Shown: positions 57,200 to 64,000 of the stretch, one piece after another
Layout: every line of letters begins with the position of its first letter
Numbering within the stretch: the first letter of the stretch is position 1
From: Eledone cirrhosa
Taxonomy: Eukaryota
Reading direction: 5' to 3'
DNA: 64,000 nt
NCBI GenBank assembly: GCA_964016885.1
Contig: OZ024742.1
Span: 250,108,001 to 250,172,000 of the forward strand
The notes under the pieces: model-generated
The model's input: only the letters and a program-made list of their open reading frames with translations
What the model was told of the DNA's origin: nothing
Database searches by the model: none
Position numbers and translations under genes: made by a program

Positions 57200-58242
57200 C
57201 GAATAGATCGACTCCAGTGCATTACTGGTACTTTATTTTATAGACCAAGTAAAGATGAAAGGTAAAGTTAACCTTGGTGGGATTTGAACTCAGAACGTAA
57301 ATGACTGAAACTCTATGCCGCAAAGTATGTTGGCCGATGCTCTACCGATACTGCCAAAATAATATATAATAATTGTTTCTACTTTTGGCACAAGGCCAGC
57401 AATTACCCAAGTGCATTATTGGTACTTTGTTTTATCGACCCCGTAAGAATGTAATGCAAAGTTAACCTTGGTTGGATTTGAAGTCAGATTGGAAAAGGCC
57501 ATAACTCTATGCTGTCAATCAATCGCCCTAACATATATAATGATTTCTAATATAGGCACAAGGCCAGTAATTGGGGGGGGGGCGATTAAATCGACCCAGT
57601 GCATGACTGGTACATTATTTTATCGACCCCGTAAAGATGAAAGGCAAAGTTAACCTCGGCAGGATTTGAACTCAAAACGAAAAGGGGCGTAACTCTAAGC
57701 TGTAAAGCATGGTGTCTGACGCTCTACCTATACTACCAATCGACCGCCTTGACATATATAATTGTTTCTACTTTGGGCACAAGGTCAGGAATAACTCAGT
57801 ACATTACTGGTACTTTATTTTATCGACCACGAGCATAATGATAACATATATAATAACATACAATAATGTAGCAATATGGTCACAGTTCCCGCTCTTTTCC
57901 TTTTTCTCTTCTCTGTTCTTATCCTTGATGTTGTCCATTCTCTCAGTATTGTTGCAGTTGTTGTTGTCACTGTTGTCACCATTTTCATTTTGTTATTGTC
58001 GTCATTGTTTCTGTCTTTGTTGTTGTTGTTCATGATGTAGTGGCCATTGTTCTTGTTATTAATTTTAATTGTTTCTAATTTTGGCACAAGGCCAGCAATT
58101 ACCCCAGTGCTTTACTGGTGCTTTATTTTATCGACCCTGTAAGGATGAAAGGCAAATCATCGGCAGGATTTGAACTCAGAACGAAAAGGGACATAACTCT
58201 ATGCTATAGAGCATGGTGTCTGACGTTCTACCGATACTGCCA
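57200..58242 (-). mobile_element. Cluster of about 5 same-orientation SINE copies or fragments
   Basis: Repeated GGCACAAGGCCAG..TTTTATCGACCCC..GATTTGAACTCA units at about 57200, 57370, 57540, 57760 and 58068. Confidence 0.8.
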
Positions 58243-58851
58243 AGCCACTTTCCTGTTCTTGTTATTAATTTTAATAATAACATAAAATGGTTATGTTAGT
58301 ATGGCATTATAGCAACGTTTCATGCCATTTTCCTTTTTCTCTCTTTTCCTCTTGTCCTTGCTGTTGTTGTCGTTTCCATTGTTGCCGTTGTTGTTGTTGT
58401 TGTTGTATTTGTTCTTGTTGTTTTTGCTTCTTTGTCTTTGTCTTCTGTGGTGGTGGTGTATTTTTACGTGTTTGTTGTTATGTCTATTATTCGGCTCAGT
58501 ATGTTGACATTTAAACAGGAATCTCATATTTTTCGATGATTCTACACACCCCATCCCTCCCTATGCCCCCACCCTCCCTTTTGCTGCCTCCCAAACACTA
58601 TTCCACCACTAGCATTAGCAGCAGCAGCATCACTTTTAAGAAATTCACCACTGTGAAATTAACCTTACACAAGCCCACCATACCCACTATACACAACATA
58701 CTCCCCCCCACCCTTACCACCTCCATCACCACCCTAACATCCCCTACCACTCCTACACCCCTCCCCTTCAACAAATAACAACAACACAAGACGACGATTC
58801 CGCAGCCAAAATCTTTAAGAAGCGAACAAAAAATTGGACCAAAATTCTTTT

Positions 58852-58992
<141 letters not shown>

Positions 58993-59579
58993 ACCTCCGT
59001 CTCTCCCTATCTCTAAAGACTCACGAACCGAATACAGATACATATGTTCTTACAAATGTATACATATATTTGTATATATGCATATATATGAATGTGCATG
59101 TATATTATATATATATATATATATGTGTGTGTCTGTATGCGTTTTTGTGTGTGTGTGTGTATGTGCGTATGTGCGTATGTGTGTGTGTGTGTGCCTACCT
59201 GGCTCCAGTTTGATCGTTTTATTTACGATGTTTCTAATTTCTTTACTAATTATTAATTTATGCTTTATTTGGAACTGCCGCATTCCTAAGTCTATGTGTG
59301 TAAAATATTTCAAAATCTGAATTGCTTTACCATTAGTGTACTGGTACCATGATGAACAGTGGTTGTAGACTATCATAGGACGGGTAGGGAATATGGAAGT
59401 CGGTTTTAAAATTGCTCAATAAAAGTACAAATTTACTCACATTCTTACAGCGGAAGCAGAACCAAGTAAAGTAGAGAAACCATACATTTCTTCTATTACA
59501 AAACCCTTGGTTATAGAATGAATGCATACCTCATAATAAACATACATCGATCCGAACCACAAATTGATAGTTTATATAT

Positions 59580-59770
59580 TACAAAAATGTGGTTATAATG
59601 TCTCTGGAAAGAATCGCTTGACAGATTTTACGTGCAAAACCAACCGGCAAGAGACACAGAGGTCGACCCCGAGCAAGATGGTTGGATAACATCCATCAGC
59701 TTGGCTGGTCCAGTTGGATCAGTTGGGGATGGTTGCTTCTGACAGAACCCGCTGGAGGGTGTGTTTGATG
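59580..59770 (+). pseudogene. RTE-clade LINE 3' remnant
   Basis: QILRAKPTGKRHRGRPRARWLDNI ... ASDRTRWR. Confidence 0.65.
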
Positions 59771-59794
59771 ACTCTGCTCCCATGACACTCTGTT

Positions 59795-60218
59795 TTTATA
59801 AACATACAGAATATTTTCGAATATTCTATTATAAACATACAGAATATTTTCGAATATTCTATGTCTATATTCACATATATATCGCTATTTCAGAGCATTT
59901 ATTCCAATTTCTAATTTCTGCCGGACCGGCAACCGCTCTTTCAAACCAGTTCCTGTACACAGCTAAGTATTCTATAAGTCTCTAGCTGTGTCATTCTCGA
60001 TAAAAGCACTGGATATGTAGTCCTGAAGATTTCTAATAAGAATGAAACGCGTAGATTACTTCCCTTGCTTTTATCGAGAATCTAATTGTAATACGTGACG
60101 TATTCTATTCTATAGCGATTAGGTCTTCAAAATGTTTATTATAAACATACAGAATATTTTCGAATATTCTATGTCTATATTCACATATATATCGCTATTT
60201 CAGAGCATTTATTCCAAT
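59795..60218 (+). mobile_element. Terminally redundant 310-bp unit with an intact HHR at 60017-60059
   Basis: GTAGTC-CTGAAGA-tTTCT aata AGAAt-GAAA-CGCG-TA-GATTAC, inside a 15-bp outer stem TTCTCGATAAAAGCA/TGCTTTTATCGAGAA; 59829-59908 repeats at 60139-60218. Confidence 0.85.
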
Positions 60219-60269
60219 ATATATATATATATATATAAAGAGAGAGGGGGAGAGAGAGAGAGAGAGAGC

Positions 60270-60322
<53 letters not shown>

Positions 60323-61280
60323 ACAAACAAAGAAAGAAACGAAGAAAGTGGAAACTGGTGATAAACCACATTTTTCTCTCGTCCAACATCATTTAAAATA
60401 CAGAGCCTATAATTTTCAAATAATTTTTTTGAAATAAAGAATAAAGAATGTAAAGGAATTTGTGATTACTATGTTGTGGGTTGTAACATAACTTCACAAA
60501 GGTTCTTACATAAAATTAGGAGGGAAGATTTTAAAGTAAATACGACATAAAGCTTTGGAGTCAGTTTAGGTGGTTTCGTACCAAACATATCTCTAAACTG
60601 AAATCTTTGAGATAAATGAGCTTAGAATGAGATCAGTACACAGCATAAAATATGATTGGATTATATTGTTGCTGTGGTTATTGTTCTTCATATTGACCTG
60701 TTTTTTTCTTAATGAAGTTGATCTTATTCTTGATGTAGTTGGAATCGACATGCTTTCTTTTGTAATGTTAAAAAACAGGGGATATTATTATTATTTTTTA
60801 TGTTCTTGGTTTACTTATTGCTGTTGATATTGTTTGTCAGCCATGTTGATTTATTTTTTCCTGTTTGATATTGCTTTTGTTATTTCTGGTGTTGTTGACG
60901 GTGTTGTTGTTATTGTTGTTGTGGGTATTGCTGTCATCATCATTATTGTTATTGCTGCTGCTGCTGTTGTTGTTCTTGTCGTTGTTGTTGGCGGTTATTG
61001 TTGTTGATATTGGTGTCGTCGTCATTGCTGTTATTGATACTATTGTCGTTGTTGTTATTGTTGACGTTGCTGTTGTTGTTGTTGTTCTTCTTCTTCTTAT
61101 TGATATTGTTGTCGTCATCATTGTTGTTATGGCGTCTGTTATTTTGAAGGAAGTATATCGTGTTTATAGCCTCGATAGCCTGGATACATGTTTGGTTGTC
61201 ATGATTTACGCTCTCACATACAGCGCGTTTTGTGTACTATTCTGCATTCAGCTAGCAGTAAGAAAGACTACGTGTGTATG

Positions 61281-61313
<33 letters not shown>

Positions 61314-61929
61314 ATATATATATATGTGTGTGTTTGTATATATGTGTATATATATATATGTGTGTGTATATATATATGTGTGTGTATATATATATATGTG
61401 TGTGTGTGTATATATGTGTGTATATATATGTGTGTGTGTATATATATATGTGTGTGTGTGTATATATATATATGTTTGTGTGTGTATGTGTGTGTATATA
61501 TATATATGTGTGTGTGTGTGCGTACAGATATATTTTACACATAAAAATAATACGTCTATGTATGTCCTTCTTCTTGTCTCCAACTTATTTTTGATTTCTC
61601 GAAGTTTCATCATTTCATTTTCTCCCCACTTTCTTAATTTCGTAACAGGTTTTCCACAAACCATAGCCAACGACCATTAACTCACGGAAACCAAAATATT
61701 CAAAAATACACGGACATATATAGGATGCTCAGAAGGGCTATTACAGAAAAAAAAAAGAGAAAATTTACCTCCGGTCACAAATATTTTAGGTTTTGTACCC
61801 ATAGCTGACTGGTCATAGGTTTACCTCTCTGAATCTCAAACCTTGACAGGCTTTTTATTTTTTTTAAGGCAAACCACCATGCAAATCTCCTTCTCTAAGG
61901 CCGATACAGTCGCAACTCATTTTTCTAAC

Positions 61930-62048
61930 TGACTGAACTTGAGCAACGGGATATAAAGTATCTTGCCCAAAAATACAGCACACCAGACAGCTTGGGAATC
62001 GAAGTCGCTTCATTACAATCATGAGCCCAACATCCTAGTAACTAAGCC
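61930..62048 (-). mobile_element. Second tRNA-derived SINE family fragment
   Basis: Minus: GGCTTAGT..TTCGATTCCC..TTGGGCAAGATACTT (CORE-like block). Confidence 0.5.
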
Positions 62049-62838
62049 TTCACTATTATACCAACATTATAAAAATACCATCTCTCAATTTCAATACAAA
62101 GCAATACATAGAGAGAAATAACGGTGTTGTGGTATTTATATCAACTACAGAGGAGCAGAAACCGTTGTGATCTCACCATGGTCAATGTGCCACATGCGCT
62201 ATGGCACAAAATCACATTATCAAAGTGCCCCAAAATAAAATAGTCCGTACAGTATAAACGATATGCCCAAACAGTCATACTATACCCTATACAGTTCGTC
62301 ACTGCATATCGTATTGTGGCATGTGGACTTCAACTGTCAGGGAATCCAGTATTACTGGGTGTAATGACCCGTGTCACAAACTTTGTCGTTCGGCTGATAA
62401 CGTGTGTTACACAGGACCTCTGGATCAAAGCTCACTCAGGTGCTTTCCATCAACATATAAATATATAAACATGTGCAGTACCGCAGCTGTCATACGACCT
62501 GTTACAGAAATACTCATTACACAATCAGTGGATGATACACTGAAGTTTGCATAATTTAATTTTATTATACTACTATACAAATCCAGTTGATTCTCCTTTG
62601 GAGAATGCTCTCTGTACTTGGCGATAGATAGACAGATAGGAATACATAGAGACAGAAAGAGTAATACATAGATAGATACAAATCAATGTCAGTGTGTTGT
62701 AGAAGCGAATGTTTTATTTCGCTGTCATTTCTGACAAAACCAGTTACGACAACGTTAATAGATACACGGATAGAAATACACGGAGACAGAAAGTGTAATA
62801 CAACTCAATCTGTGCGTGTGTGTGCGTATACGTGTGTG

Positions 62839-62869
<31 letters not shown>

Positions 62870-62989
62870 AAGCTAAGTTTCTATGCCGCTGTTATTTATA
62901 GCAAGAGGGATTACCACAACAATGCTCTTTGCGTCATGTACGACAGACAGGCACACAGACAAATAGATAAGTTGACAACCGTAGGCCCT

Positions 62990-64000
62990 CTAACAGACAC
63001 CCAGCGTTGCCCGGGAATGAAAGTGTTCCTTATATATTAGAAGAAAGGAAAACATGTTTAGAAATTTGTTATTCTAAATTCTATTTATTCTTCAATTGAG
63101 GTACATGATGAAATCAATTCTGAATTCATATTACAGAAATTAATAAAAAATGAAAATACAAAATTTATCTCGGTTATGGGGGGGGGGGGGGGGGATATAT
63201 TGGATTACATATGTTGAAGTGTTACTTAAGAGCTTATGGGTAAACGACATTCATTGTTTCTGGTTTGGAGCATAGACAAATAAGTGTTGTAAATTACCCA
63301 CCCATGAGCAAAGTTGACCATGAGAAAAGCAAGGCTCACTTAAGTCCAAGCCAGTAGATTTCAAAGTCTGACCTTCAGCTTTATTGGTAGACATAGCGAA
63401 GCAAAGTCGCACTGGGCATTGTGTTGGTTTGAACTCAAATGGCATGTCTCTTGGTTAGATTGAAATTCTTGTTATGAAAACATCTTCCACAGAGACACAT
63501 CCAGTGATGATGATATCTTCAATCACATTAGGTGATAATGTCTTCAAAATCAACATTGTCCCATTGTACAATTTAGGAGAATCTAAATTTCTTACAATCA
63601 TTATTGGGACTCTAACTTTCAGGGAGAGTTTATGTGGAGGACTTCCAGGTGCCTCAAGAGAATTAAGGAATTCTGTTGCGCAGTGAACAGCTTAATTTTC
63701 ATCAAGGACCGAATGAACTGATTTGTACTCTTGAATTATTGTTGGAATCTTATTCATTAGCTGATGGGTAATCCATGCTACTGTCTCATTTATTTTAGCA
63801 ATATTTGCCCTTTCATACAACCATTTGTGTGAATTTTAATGATTACTTAAGCATGGAAATACTCTGTTCTTCAATTTAGTTGATATCACCATTCTCATCG
63901 ATAGTTACTGTCCCATTTCCTAATTGAAGGAGTCGGGTTGAAAACTATTCTGTGCATATGTCCCTGTGTAATAAAACATGCATGTTAGTATTGAAGGAGA
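62990..64000 (-). mobile_element. Helitron 3' portion: helicase pseudogene plus 3' hairpin
   Basis: EFLNSLEAPGSPPHKLSLKV..IMIVRNLD..LYNGT, QCPVRLCFAMSTNKAEGQTL..CFSHGQL; terminus CCCGGGCAACGCTGGG..TTAG (similar hairpin at 51523-51550 on plus). Confidence 0.85.

Noticed and set aside
60865-61680. 271-aa hydrophobic ORF
   Set aside because: Derived from (TTG)n and (TA/TG)n low-complexity sequence

Overview
AT-rich animal DNA saturated with microsatellites, most likely from an octopus or other cephalopod (inferred from the SINE family and the (TA)n density). No intact host gene is visible. The window is a stack of transposon insertions into (TA)n tracts: Penelope-like elements (PLEs; RT plus GIY-YIG), CR1/L2-group and RTE LINE fragments, an internally deleted Gypsy LTR element, a DD37D Tc1/mariner, Helitron remnants and tRNA-derived SINEs. 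The main discovery is that the 9-kb 'satellite' at 3294-12338 is about 19 near-identical copies of a 467-nt, highly base-paired unit, each carrying an intact minimal type I hammerhead ribozyme (HHR). It looks like a retrozyme concatemer. It is arranged as two divergent arms with 3' ends facing outward into (TA)n, the same geometry as the neighbouring PLEs. At least ten other HHR families occur in the window; most have a family-specific palindromic stem III and several lie in short tandem or fold-back inserts. Coordinates were read by hand and may be off by a few bases.
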